A stretch of 64,000 bases of DNA. It comes from Candidatus Binatia bacterium. Its GTDB lineage: Bacteria > Desulfobacterota > Binatia > UBA9968 > JAJDTQ01. This document shows positions 1 to 8,984 of the stretch, piece after piece. Both the position numbers and the translations under genes were made by a program. How positions within the stretch are numbered: position 1 is the first letter of the stretch; every line of letters starts with the position of its first letter. The stretch lies in NCBI GenBank assembly GCA_963666515.2, contig OY762897.2, positions 1,888,001 through 1,952,000 on the forward strand, read 5' to 3'. Below the pieces are notes generated by a model, which had not been told where the DNA came from, made no database searches, and worked only from the letters and a program-made list of their open reading frames with translations.

Positions 1-780
1 GGGCGGCAAGGTCTCGCCGGACGGCGCCGTGGGCGAACCCTGACGGCCCACGGGCACGAGGCACAAGGCCGCCTCCTTGGCGGGGTCGAGACCCAGCAGG
101 TGGTTCACCGATGCGTCGGCGAACCCCATGACCACGCGGGCGGGGATGTCTCGCGCGGTGGCCGCCGCCAGGAAATTCGCGAGCATGGTGCCGCCGTCCC
201 AGAAACAGTGGCGGTAGGCGCGGTCGCGGTACTTCCAGCTATTGCGCCAGAACGTGGAGGCGAAGACCAGGATGAGCGGGGCATGGGCCACCGCCGGCTC
301 CCCGCCGGCGGCTTCCACCAGCGCCTCCCGGTGGTCGCCCGGCCGCAAGGGGGTCAGGGCGAAGCGTTCGGGCGCGAAATGGTAGACGCCGGCATCGAGA
401 TCGGCCAGCGGCCCGGCGACGACGTAGACGTCGATATGGTAGAGCGCGCCCGTGCACGCGGCCGCCCGGAAGAGCATCTCGCCGCCGAAATAGCGCCGGC
501 GGCGGGTGACGCCGGCGCACAGAAACAGCAGCTCGCCAAGCTCCTGGCGGGTGACCCCACACTCGCCCTGCGGTGCGGACCGAGACAGGGCCGCCAGCGC
601 GGAGACGCGGGACGACCCCAGGTGCTGCTCCAGCGGCAGCGCCTCCAGGTCCTCGTAGACCTTAAAGGGGTGAGGCTGGTTGTCCCAGTCGAGGTAGTGG
701 GGGCCGCTGCGGATGCTGACGAGAGAGTGCTTGGTCCGCTCGTGATAGTCCCGGGCGGATGCGATGTCCTGATTACCCAT
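1..780 (-). CDS. SagB/ThcOx-family dehydrogenase (nitroreductase fold), runs off left edge
   Basis: Not in ORF track because it is open at the edge. Read manually from ATG at 780 (GGAGG upstream): MGNQDIASARDYHERTKHS...LDWDNQPHPFKVY...FRAAACTGALYHIDVYV, matching SagB-type motifs. Confidence 0.85.
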   Translation of the reverse strand, partial: MGNQDIASARDYHERTKHSLVSIRSGPHYLDWDNQPHPFKVYEDLEALPLEQHLGSSRVSALAALSRSAPQGECGVTRQELGELLFLCAGVTRRRRYFGGEMLFRAAACTGALYHIDVYVVAGPLADLDAGVYHFAPERFALTPLRPGDHREALVEAAGGEPAVAHAPLILVFASTFWRNSWKYRDRAYRHCFWDGGTMLANFLAAATARDIPARVVMGFADASVNHLLGLDPAKEAALCLVPVGRQGSPTAPSGETLPP

Positions 781-816
781 GGCGCCTCCGGCCTACGTGA
801 AGGCCCTGGCGGGCCG

Positions 817-1770
817 CTACACGGCGATGTTCCAGAACTGTTTGACCAGAGTCCCCAGGACGTAGGTGACGGCCACGGCGCCGAACACCAGGAGAAGGTT
901 CTGAAGCACCCGCGGGCGAACCTCCATGCCCGACATGACCGACAGCAGCGCGGTCACCAGCACCACCATGCCCCCGCCCACCACGATCGACCACATCGGG
1001 CTGACCGCGCCCAGGAGCACCGGGAAGATGGGGAACATGGCGCCCACGAAGTAGGAGATGCCCACGGCGATGGCGGCCGACAGCGGTCGCGTCTCCTCCG
1101 GCGGCTTCAGCTCGGGGTCGAAGAAGTTGCGCTTGGCGTTCTCGATGCGCTGGACCTCACGCTGGGAACGGGACGAGGCCAGCACCCCTGCGGCCATGGA
1201 GATGGAGCCTGCCACCGCCACCGTGAGGCTCGCCACCACCACGTAGGCGGGATGGCCGAACGAGGCGTAGAAGCCGCTGACGCTGCCCAGCACCTCCACC
1301 AAACCGTCGTTCAGCCCCAGGAAGATGTCGCGCACGCGTTCCGGGTTCATGCGCCTGCCGGTGAGGCCGGCGACGATCTCGTCCTCGTGGCCGAACTCGT
1401 CGCGCAGGATGCCGCGGATGCGCGGACCGTAGGGCGTGTCCTTGTAGCGGTCCCACAGCGCCCAGTACTTCTTGACGCCGTAGATCTCGATGGCTTCCAG
1501 GATGAGGAAGGTCATGGCCACGCCGAAGAAGCGCCGCAAGAGCAGGAGCAGGTTCAGCCGCAGGCGCTGCACCCGGTCCAGCGAGGTGTCCTTGAGGCCG
1601 GCGAAGTCGGCCCAGAAGGCGACGTGGCCCCGCTCCACGGTGACGAGACGGCTCAGGACGTTGTGGACCTCGCCGGTCTCCATCTCGCGGAGCCGCACGT
1701 ACAGGGCCATGTCGAAGGCCTCGTCGCGCGCCACCTTGCGCACCAGCCGGTCGTTTTTCGGTTCCATCAT
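817..1770 (-). CDS. VIT1/CCC1 iron transporter with N-terminal ferritin/rubrerythrin-like domain
   Basis: ExxH motifs (VERGH, DEFGHE) followed by RDIFLGLNDGLVE and AGSISMAAG VIT1 signatures. Start MMEPK overlaps the globin stop (ATGA). Confidence 0.85.
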   Translation of the reverse strand: MMEPKNDRLVRKVARDEAFDMALYVRLREMETGEVHNVLSRLVTVERGHVAFWADFAGLKDTSLDRVQRLRLNLLLLLRRFFGVAMTFLILEAIEIYGVKKYWALWDRYKDTPYGPRIRGILRDEFGHEDEIVAGLTGRRMNPERVRDIFLGLNDGLVEVLGSVSGFYASFGHPAYVVVASLTVAVAGSISMAAGVLASSRSQREVQRIENAKRNFFDPELKPPEETRPLSAAIAVGISYFVGAMFPIFPVLLGAVSPMWSIVVGGGMVVLVTALLSVMSGMEVRPRVLQNLLLVFGAVAVTYVLGTLVKQFWNIAV

Positions 1771-2195
1771 GAAGTATGGGCGAGCGCCTTGCGCTTGGCC
1801 TCGGCGGGGTCGCAGTCGGAGCCGCGGTCGCGAGTGATCAGGGAGCGGAGGCTCTCGGTGTGCTCCAGCCATGCCGCGCGCACGGCCTCGGGCACCTGGA
1901 ACTCGTCGAGGGTCTCGCGCAGGATCTGCAGGCGGCGGGCGAACTGCCCGCCCATGATGGGATGGGGGGCGTGGGCCTGTTCGAGGGGACGGCCCTGGTA
2001 TTCGATGTCCGCGCCGAGCGCGCGCGCGGTGAACTGGAACTCCAGTTCCTTGATGCGGCCGCGGTCGGCGTTGCGGAAGAAGAACCCGATCATGAGGTCG
2101 TCGAATATCCGGTCGACGAAGACATCGATGACCTCACGCAGGCGCTCGGCGCCTATCTCTTCGTAAAGGGAAGGCGTTGCGTCCTCTCCGGGCAC
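1767..2195 (-). CDS. Group I truncated hemoglobin
   Basis: SLYEEIG...FVDRIFDD...FF...LG...YQGRPLEQAHAP. Confidence 0.85.
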   Translation of the reverse strand: MPGEDATPSLYEEIGAERLREVIDVFVDRIFDDLMIGFFFRNADRGRIKELEFQFTARALGADIEYQGRPLEQAHAPHPIMGGQFARRLQILRETLDEFQVPEAVRAAWLEHTESLRSLITRDRGSDCDPAEAKRKALAHTS

Positions 2196-2513
2196 CTACT
2201 CGGAGGGGTTGAGCAGCGCGTCCAACTCGCCCCGCTCGTGCAGCTCGTGGACGATGTCGCAGCCGCCGACGAACTGGCCGTCGATGTAGACCTGCGGGAT
2301 GGTGGGCCACTTCGAGTACTGCTTCACGCCCTCCCGGACCGCCGGGTCCGACAGCACGTCGAAGCTCTCGAACTCCGCGTTGTGGGCGCGCAGGATCTCC
2401 ACCGTGTGGGCGGAGAAACCGCACTGCGGGAAATTCGGCGTCCCCTTCATGAAGACCATCACCCGGTTGTTCTTGACCTGCTCTTCGATCCTGCTGAGTG
2501 CGTCATCCGCCAT
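2196..2513 (-). CDS. grxD: Monothiol glutaredoxin Grx4
   Basis: FMKGTPNFPQCGFS, WPTIPQVYIDG, GGCDI. Confidence 0.95.
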   Translation of the reverse strand: MADDALSRIEEQVKNNRVMVFMKGTPNFPQCGFSAHTVEILRAHNAEFESFDVLSDPAVREGVKQYSKWPTIPQVYIDGQFVGGCDIVHELHERGELDALLNPSE

Positions 2514-2571
2514 GGCTTCACTCCTTCACTGGTTTCGCACCGGCGCCCGCGTCGCGGGCTCGGCCAATGCG

Positions 2572-2880
2572 TCAGACCTCGACCTCGATGTCCGAACCTT
2601 CCACGCGGACGTTGAACGTGTCGACGCCCGTGTCCGCCGGGGGTCCGGAGGCCTCGCCCGTGGTGATGTCGAACATCGCGCCGTGCCACGGGCACTGGAC
2701 GTCGTTGCCCATCACCTCTCCCTCGGACAGAGGCGCGCCGCGATGCGTGCAGAAGTCGTCGATGGCGTAGAAGTTCCCATCCAGGTTGAACAGCGCGACC
2801 CTGCGGCCGTTGACCTCCACCAGCTTGGGCTTGCCGGGTTCCACCTCATCCGTGGTCGCGACCTTGACGTACTCTGCCAT
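2572..2880 (-). CDS. Rieske-type [2Fe-2S] ferredoxin
   Basis: CTH...CPWHGAMFD, 102 aa. Confidence 0.93.
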   Translation of the reverse strand: MAEYVKVATTDEVEPGKPKLVEVNGRRVALFNLDGNFYAIDDFCTHRGAPLSEGEVMGNDVQCPWHGAMFDITTGEASGPPADTGVDTFNVRVEGSDIEVEV

Positions 2881-2892
2881 GCAATCTCTCCC

Positions 2893-3393
2893 TTATCCGC
2901 GGGCCGCTGCCGCCGAGCCCTTGACCAGCCAGCGCTCCCGCATCACCTTGTCCTGAATCCGCAGAAGGCCCTCGGTCAATGCCTCGGGGCGCGGCGGACA
3001 ACCCGGGACGTACACGTCCACGGGCACGATCTTGTCGACGCCCTTGCACACCGAGTAGGCCATCTGGAACAGGCCGCCGCAATTGGAGCAGCTCCCCATG
3101 GAGATGACGTACTTGGGATCGGGCATCTGATCGTAGAGCAGCCGCGTTCGCTTGGCCATCTTGTAGGTCAGCGTCCCGGCCACGATCATCAGGTCCGACT
3201 GGCGCGGCGTCGCCCGCGGCACGCAACCGAAACGGTCCAGGTCCGCGCGCGGCCCGCCCGTCTGCATCAGCTCGATGGCGCAACAGGCCAGCCCGAACAA
3301 CATGTACCACTGGGACGACGCCCTGCCCCAGTTCAACAGATCGTCGACCCGGGTGGTGAAGACCGTCTCGGGAAGACTGTTGGTAATCGGCAT
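2893..3393 (-). CDS. nuoB: NADH-quinone oxidoreductase subunit B-like Fe-S protein (stand-alone)
   Basis: [36 protein letters not shown]. Start taken at MPITNSLPE. Confidence 0.9.
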   Translation of the reverse strand: MPITNSLPETVFTTRVDDLLNWGRASSQWYMLFGLACCAIELMQTGGPRADLDRFGCVPRATPRQSDLMIVAGTLTYKMAKRTRLLYDQMPDPKYVISMGSCSNCGGLFQMAYSVCKGVDKIVPVDVYVPGCPPRPEALTEGLLRIQDKVMRERWLVKGSAAAARG

Positions 3394-3531
3394 CGGAACC
3401 TCCTGGGTGAAACCGCCGGCGAGATGGCAGTCCTGATGGCGTGTAGCATACAAGCCGCTAGTAAAGATAGACCACCACGATGCGCCTTTCAAGCCCGCGG
3501 ACGGACAGGGCGGACAGGGTGGATTCCGCAA

Positions 3532-3554
3532 GGGCGACCGCGGGTCGCCCCTAC
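3532..3554. repeat. GTAG-type REP-like palindrome (related copy at 42095-42122)
   Basis: gggcgaccgcgggtcgcccctac, whose reverse complement is gtaggggcgacccgcggtcgccc. Confidence 0.6.
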
Positions 3555-3627
3555 ACGTGGTCGCGCCTTGCCGACGACGAGCAGTCCCCCGTTGCTAATT
3601 CCATCCTCGTCCCCTATGAGTGGAACC

Positions 3628-4506
3628 ATGCGGATATGCACCCTCCTGCCGAGCGCGACGGAGATCGCCTTCGCCTTGGGCCTGAGCGACTCGGTGGTGG
3701 CTGTCAGCCACGAATGTGACTTTCCCGCCGCGGCCCGGAAAAAGCCCGTGGTGGTCCGCGGACGCATCGACTCGGACACCTGCACCAGCCGCGAGATCGA
3801 CGCCCAGGTTCAACAGCACATGAGCCGGGGCGAGGGCCTCTACAGCCTGGACCTCGAACTTCTGCGGCAGATCAACCCCGATCTCATCATCACCCAGGGC
3901 CTGTGCGACGTCTGCGCCGTGAGCCGCGACGAGGTCATGACCGCAGCCGGCGCGATGCAACCGCCAGCAAGGGTTCTTTCGCTGTCACCGAGCTCCCTCG
4001 GCGAGGTATTGCGGGACATCGCGCGGGTAGGCGACGCCACCGGAACCTCAAAGCGGGCGGAAACCCTGGTCGAAAGCCTCCGGAAACGCGTGGAGAACGT
4101 CGCCGAGCGGGTTCCGCAACACCGCCCCGGGCCGCGGGTGGCCTGTCTCGAGTGGCTGGATCCCCTGTATGCAGCCGGCCACTGGGTGCCGGAAATGGTG
4201 GAGATGGCAGGCGGAACGGACGTCCTGGCCGCAAAGCACCGGCCCTCGGCCCGGGTGTCCATGGAGACGCTGGCGGAAGCGGCGCCGGAGGTCCTGGTGC
4301 TCATGCCCTGCGGCTTCGACGGGCCCCGTACCCTCAAGGAATGGGAGCCGCTGAAGGACCTCACCGCGTGGCAGGCCATTCCCGCGGTTGCCGACGGCCG
4401 CGTGTTCGCCGTGGACGGCGCCATGTATTTCAACCGTCCCGGACCCCGGCTGGTGGACGGACTGGAGATTCTGGCCCGGCTGATTCATCCGGCGCTGTTC
4501 CAATAG
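3628..4506 (+). CDS. BtuF-like cobalamin/iron-siderophore binding family protein
   Basis: MRICTLLPSATEI, VSHECDFP, LEWLDP, GHWVPEM, YFNRPGPRLVDG; no signal peptide. Confidence 0.85.
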   Translation: MRICTLLPSATEIAFALGLSDSVVAVSHECDFPAAARKKPVVVRGRIDSDTCTSREIDAQVQQHMSRGEGLYSLDLELLRQINPDLIITQGLCDVCAVSRDEVMTAAGAMQPPARVLSLSPSSLGEVLRDIARVGDATGTSKRAETLVESLRKRVENVAERVPQHRPGPRVACLEWLDPLYAAGHWVPEMVEMAGGTDVLAAKHRPSARVSMETLAEAAPEVLVLMPCGFDGPRTLKEWEPLKDLTAWQAIPAVADGRVFAVDGAMYFNRPGPRLVDGLEILARLIHPALFQ

Positions 4507-4580
4507 GAGACCGGCGTCCTCTCTGTCAGCCAACGCATCCTCGGCGACTTCTTTTTGGGGTAACCCTCTTCCTCACTCCT

Positions 4581-4739
4581 TCACATTTTCAACCAAGCAT
4601 CCCACCATGCCCTCATGTTGCGAGCTTTGCGTCGTCTGTCGTACCAACCTAAAGCTTTCTTGGCACCCCATCCCAAAACTCCCAACACTACACCCGTAAT
4701 AACGAGGGTCAATATGGACTCAACCATTGCGTGACGCAT
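4581..4739 (-). CDS. Possible small single-TM protein (52 aa)
   Basis: Manual translation MRHAMVESILTLVITGVVLGVLGWGAKKALGWYDRRRKARNMRAWWDAWLKM; below the ORF-track cutoff. Confidence 0.35.
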   Translation of the reverse strand: MRHAMVESILTLVITGVVLGVLGWGAKKALGWYDRRRKARNMRAWWDAWLKM

Positions 4740-4848
4740 CCTCCGCCCCTGTCATTAACTCCCCGCTCCGGCTTCCTCTCTCTCCGGCCTCCAGCGCGCC
4801 GGGATGGCTTCATTGAACTCCTTTCCATCACTGCTCCTTAATCCGGCC

Positions 4849-5436
4849 TTATGCTTCGTGGCGCTTGTAAGAGCGCCTGATTTTCTCCAGCACCTTCTCG
4901 GTGATTTTGACCTTCAGCTCAGTCAACCGCCGCTCCATTTCCCGGAGGTAAATCCTCCGCGCGAAGCGATCAACCAGGGAATTGACCTCCTTCAAGAGAC
5001 CCTCAACGCGGTCTAGCGCCTCCAAACTAAGCCGGCTGCGCTCGTCAAAAAGCTTCCTGTGCTTCTCGATCAGTTCGGTGGGCGCCGGGGTCGATGACGC
5101 AACCGGGTTTCTTGCGAGGGTTTTCCTCCATTCGGCCATGGCCGCATCCAACGCGGCGGAGGCATCTTCCACCGCCTTGTCTAGTTCTTCGGGGACGGCG
5201 TTCTTCCAATCCTCGTAAGCACGTTGGTACTTGGCGTAAAGGGTCGTTTTCTTCACGCCCTTCCAGGCCATTTGACGGGCTTGTTTCCGGGTCTCTTTGC
5301 TGATTTCCCGGATCGTGATTTCCAGTTCCATCTCTGCCACGAGATCATCGGAACGATTATCTTGGGCCTCGGTGATATTCGGCGTGCCGGCCAGGAAACA
5401 TGTCACGAAAACGGTGGTGAGGAAGCGCTTCAGCAT
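4849..5436 (-). CDS. Secreted helical/coiled-coil hypothetical protein
   Basis: Signal-peptide-like N-terminus (MLKRFLTTVFVTCFLAG...EA|Q); charged helical body. Confidence 0.65.
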   Translation of the reverse strand: MLKRFLTTVFVTCFLAGTPNITEAQDNRSDDLVAEMELEITIREISKETRKQARQMAWKGVKKTTLYAKYQRAYEDWKNAVPEELDKAVEDASAALDAAMAEWRKTLARNPVASSTPAPTELIEKHRKLFDERSRLSLEALDRVEGLLKEVNSLVDRFARRIYLREMERRLTELKVKITEKVLEKIRRSYKRHEA

Positions 5437-5807
5437 GCTGATGTCCTGTCCCTCAAATGAGTTGACTTATTCACGGAATGTTGACTAACCGGTTGAATTA
5501 TAGGGGATTATGGTTTCAGATATCGACACCGGCGGCGGGTTGATCTCAGCCTCGACGTGCTCCGTGACCACGCTGATCGACCTTTTTCCCTTTTATCACT
5601 CAGATTCAGGGCGCGCTAGTCGTACTTCTTGAACCGCTATCGTCGACGGCCTTGCATGCGGCGAGAGACCTCCACTGCTGATCTTGGTCATGCATGCGCT
5701 CGTACACCCTCCGGTCTTCCTCCACCAGATCCGGCAGGCTCTCTTATCAGTCCGCCATCCTGCGTCCCACGCCCTTAAACGCAAGACAAAGAGGCTCCGA
5801 TATGTCC

Positions 5808-5836
5808 TTGACTTCATACTCTGGTGGCATTACCCT
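5808..5836 (+). promoter_or_regulatory. Putative sigma70 promoter of TA operon (near-leaderless)
   Basis: TTGACT-17 bp-TACCCT, about 10 nt before ATG 5847. Confidence 0.45.
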
Positions 5837-5846
5837 CCTTTCGTGA

Positions 5847-6200
5847 ATGAATTGGACTGTCGAGATTGTCGAGGAATTCGAGCCCGAGTTAATGGCCTTA
5901 CCCTTGGAGGTGCGAAGAACCGTCCTCGCCCTGTCGCGTCTGCTGCGGCAGTTCGGGCCACAATTGAGGCGCCCTCGCGTCGACACGCTGAATGGCTCAA
6001 AACACGCAAACATGAAGGAGATGCGGTTCCACGCGGCGGATGGAGAGTGGCGGGTCGCCTTCGCTTTCGATCCCCAGCGCTTGGCCGTCCTGCTGGTCTC
6101 GGGCGACAAGTCGGGTATGAGCGAGAGACGGTTCTACCGTGCGCTGATTCGCAAGGCCGATGAACGCTTCGACCGGCACCTCGCCCGGCTCGCGAAGTAA
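5847..6200 (+). CDS. Type II TA toxin, RelE/HigB (Gp49-like)
   Basis: GPQLRRPRVDTLNGSKHANMKEMR, WRVAFAFDPQR, GDKSG. Confidence 0.9.
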   Translation: MNWTVEIVEEFEPELMALPLEVRRTVLALSRLLRQFGPQLRRPRVDTLNGSKHANMKEMRFHAADGEWRVAFAFDPQRLAVLLVSGDKSGMSERRFYRALIRKADERFDRHLARLAK

Positions 6201-6208
6201 GGGAGATC

Positions 6209-6538
6209 GTGATGGGTCTGAACGTTGAAGACGTGATCGCGGGGCTTGACCCCACTGAACGCCGCAAGGTCGAGGACCTTGCGGCGGTGTTCATCGCCGA
6301 GGAGATGACGCTACGCGAGCTACGCAAGGCCCGCAAGCTCACCCAAGTCAGCGTTGCCCGCGAACTCGGCATCAGCCAGGACGCCGTCTCACGGCTGGAG
6401 CAGCGCAGCGACGTGTTGCTTTCCACGCTGCGCCGGACGGTGGAGGCGATGGGCGGCAGCCTATCGCTCATCGCCCGGTTTCCCGACCGTCCACCGGTCG
6501 AACTCTCCGGCATCGCCGGACGCGAGACAGGCGATTGA
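6209..6538 (+). CDS. XRE-HTH antitoxin (HigA-like), copy 1
   Basis: LRELRKARKLTQVSVARELGISQDAVSRLEQRSD; directly downstream of toxin. Confidence 0.9.
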   Translation: MMGLNVEDVIAGLDPTERRKVEDLAAVFIAEEMTLRELRKARKLTQVSVARELGISQDAVSRLEQRSDVLLSTLRRTVEAMGGSLSLIARFPDRPPVELSGIAGRETGD

Positions 6539-6627
6539 CCCCGGCCCGGCGGGCGCTACGGGGACTTTCTCCAAGGCACCGTGTCGTTGGTCTCATTCCG
6601 TAGCACCCGTGTCGGCTTCTCGCTCAC

Positions 6628-7008
6628 ATGCAATATCTTGAAATCGCCCTGATTGTCTTAGTCATCCTCATTGCCTGCGTGGTGGTGAAGATAGGTATTT
6701 CCTTCGACTTGAACAAATTCCTGGAGCATCGTCACCAACGCAAGGAGGAACAGTTCAAAGAAGAGGTCCGAAGGGTGTGTCCCCATATAACGCCGGTTCC
6801 CGTCGGCCAAGAATGCGAGATGAGACCATCAATGATGCCGCGACCCGGAACATCTCTCTGGATTTGCGAAAGATGCGGATGGCAAACGCGGGACGAGGGT
6901 TTGGTGGACCGGCTACTCGAACAAATGAGAAATGATCCCGACGAACTGATCAAGCGTGAATTGAAAATGCGGCAATTGGCGAAGAAGCGTTCTCGCCGTT
7001 TTCTTTGA
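6628..7008 (+). CDS. Membrane-anchored hypothetical protein with Cys motifs (CPH...CERCG)
   Basis: N-terminal hydrophobic helix, AT-richer codons, lies between the repeats. Confidence 0.65.
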   Translation: MQYLEIALIVLVILIACVVVKIGISFDLNKFLEHRHQRKEEQFKEEVRRVCPHITPVPVGQECEMRPSMMPRPGTSLWICERCGWQTRDEGLVDRLLEQMRNDPDELIKRELKMRQLAKKRSRRFL

Positions 7009-7125
7009 TGGGCGTCATTCCACGAAACTCCTGGATCCCAGCTTGTTGCCCTTCCGCGCGCTCATCCGCAAGGCCGATGAACGCTTCGACCGCCACCTTG
7101 CCCGGCTCGCCGATGAAGGAGGATC

Positions 7126-7455
7126 GTGATGACCGTGAGTCTTGACGAGATGATGGCTGCGCTTGACCCCGAAGAGCGGCGCAAGATCGAGGAGCGGGCG
7201 GCAGAGTTGATCGCCGAGGAGATGACGCTACGCGAGCTACGCAAGGCCCGCAAGCTCACCCAGGTCAGCGTCGCACGCGAACTCGGCATCAGCCAGGACG
7301 CCGTCTCACGGCTGGAGCAGCGCAGCGACGTGTTGCTGTCCACGTTGCGCCGAACGGTGGAGGCGATGGGCGGCAGCCTATCGCTCATCGCCCGGTTTCC
7401 CGACCGTCCTCCGGTCGAACTCTCCGGCATCGCCGGACGCGAGACAGGCGATTGA
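7126..7455 (+). CDS. XRE-HTH antitoxin, copy 2 (orphan; preceded only by toxin 3' remnant)
   Basis: Identical to copy 1 from IAEEMTL to the end; N-terminal ~28 aa diverged; AAGGAGG RBS. Confidence 0.88.
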   Translation: MMTVSLDEMMAALDPEERRKIEERAAELIAEEMTLRELRKARKLTQVSVARELGISQDAVSRLEQRSDVLLSTLRRTVEAMGGSLSLIARFPDRPPVELSGIAGRETGD

Positions 7456-7571
7456 CCCCGGCCCGGCGGGCGCTACGGGGACTTTCTCCGAGGCACCTGC
7501 CATGCGCGCGGGTACGTTTGTTTTGCAGACGAATGAGTGCCTATCTGACCTCCAATAATAATGGTCCTGGG

Positions 7572-8276
7572 TCAGAGGAATACCTCGCTGCCTGCCGCCC
7601 ACTGACTGTGCTTCTCCAGAGCTTTCCGATTGGGACGGTCTGCCCTGTTACGCGGCCTGAATATCCTCTTGCCCCGCAGTTCAGCATACTCCGTCCCTCC
7701 AAGCTTTGTATCGACGATGACAGACATTGACTGGGCGTCAATAGAGATATAACCGCGGTCGAAAAGCGTATGAATATCCGCTCGCAGCAATAGGCCGTTT
7801 GCGACCACATTGGTTCGCTTCCCCATATATGGCTCAATGTGCGCGGCTTCCAAAGCCTCGATCGCGGCACATCCGGTAATGGCGCACCGGCCCTCGTAAG
7901 CTCGTATCAACTTGTTACGGAATTCTGGTTGGCCTTGTCGGCGGACTATGGCCGCGATCGTCCGTTGTCGCGCGTCCTCCTGGCTTGTGGGCTCGAAATC
8001 CTGTTGTTCCGAAGACTCCTGAAATGGTATTCCGTTTGTGAATTCATAGTAGCGCCTAAGGGCAGTAGCGCAATTGTCCACTCTCCTAGTTGTCCCTTCC
8101 GTCTCAAGTCGTGACCGGATGTCTTCCACGTCTTCCAGACAGGATACCGTGGACGGTTCGATCGTGATGCCAAGTTTCCTCGACGCGCTGGAAAGATAGC
8201 TGGGGTAATCCTTGGCGGCGGCCTTCCGCCCCGCGCGCTTCAGATAACGGCTGAATTCTTCCTTGTGCTCAACCAT
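7572..8276 (-). CDS. HNH endonuclease
   Basis: RQGQPEFRNKL, CAITGC, LEAAHI, NGLLLRADIHTLFDRG; GGAGG upstream of ATG 8276. Confidence 0.88.
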   Translation of the reverse strand: MVEHKEEFSRYLKRAGRKAAAKDYPSYLSSASRKLGITIEPSTVSCLEDVEDIRSRLETEGTTRRVDNCATALRRYYEFTNGIPFQESSEQQDFEPTSQEDARQRTIAAIVRRQGQPEFRNKLIRAYEGRCAITGCAAIEALEAAHIEPYMGKRTNVVANGLLLRADIHTLFDRGYISIDAQSMSVIVDTKLGGTEYAELRGKRIFRPRNRADRPNRKALEKHSQWAAGSEVFL

Positions 8277-8419
8277 GTGAATTTCCTCCACAAGAAACTG
8301 ATGGCGTTTGACGGGCTTGTTGCCGGTCCGGTCTTCGGATTCGGCGCCCCGGTTTTTCTACAGGACATCTGCCACGGGAGCTACGTTTACAAAACTGACT
8401 GTGCAAAGTTCATGTGGCA

Positions 8420-8512
8420 GCAGAGACGCTGGCCGAAGAGCATGTCGCCCTCCTCAATGCCAACCTCGCCACCAAGCCGGATATCGCCGCCGTCAAAGCC
8501 GACATCGCCCGG
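8420..8512 (+). pseudogene. Fragment of a DUF1640/CCDC90-like coiled-coil gene
   Basis: Frame reads AETLAEEHVALLNANLATKPDIAAVKADIA (LATKxD motif); no plausible full-length ORF around it. Confidence 0.5.
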
Positions 8513-8579
8513 GAACCTTACTCGACATCTTCCCCTTCTCTTCCTGGATGTCGTGGGCCTGTTGCGATAGGGTGAACCC

Positions 8580-8984
8580 ATGTTCGCGCGACTCCTGCTG
8601 CTGTTCACCGTGGTTCCGCTGGTGGAGCTTTATCTCCTCATCGAGGTGGGCTCGGTCATCGGCGGGCTCAACACCATCCTGCTGGTGCTGGTCACCGGGG
8701 TGGTGGGAGCTTTCCTCGCCAAGCTGGAAGGGCTGCGGACCCTGGGGCAGATCCAGCGGAACCTGAGCCAGGGCATCGTCCCGGCCGAGGAGATGCTGGA
8801 CGGCGTGATCATCCTGGTGGCGGGGCTCCTGCTGATCACTCCCGGAATCCTCACGGATGCCTTCGGCTTCCTGATGCTCATCCCGTTCACCCGCAACGCG
8901 TTCAAGCGCTGGCTGCGGCGGCGCTTCGACCGCGCGAGCGCCCGCGTCCGCATCTACACGCAAGGCGGGCCCGGTCATTTCTGA
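8580..8984 (+). CDS. fxsA: FxsA family membrane protein
   Basis: PLVELYLLIEVG, LLLITPGILTDAFG. Confidence 0.92.
   Translation: MFARLLLLFTVVPLVELYLLIEVGSVIGGLNTILLVLVTGVVGAFLAKLEGLRTLGQIQRNLSQGIVPAEEMLDGVIILVAGLLLITPGILTDAFGFLMLIPFTRNAFKRWLRRRFDRASARVRIYTQGGPGHF

Larger units (their letters stand above)
6137..7497 (+). repeat. Direct repeat of about 444 bp (6137-6580 and 7054-7497): toxin 3' end, antitoxin, downstream DNA
   Basis: Both copies run from ccg(t/c)gcgct...gcaaggccgatgaacgcttcgacc to ggcgctacggggactttctcc(a/g)aggcacc. Confidence 0.92.

Noticed and set aside
100-2166. 688-aa plus-strand ORF
   Set aside because: Antisense shadow of recognisable minus-strand genes in high-GC DNA; no motifs
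2299-3627. N-terminal extension of the 735-aa ORF
   Set aside because: Overlaps grxD, ferredoxin and nuoB on the opposite strand; the real gene starts near 3628
4510-8520. Integron cassette array or prophage
   Set aside because: No integrase, recognisable attC sites or phage genes; gene orientations are mixed
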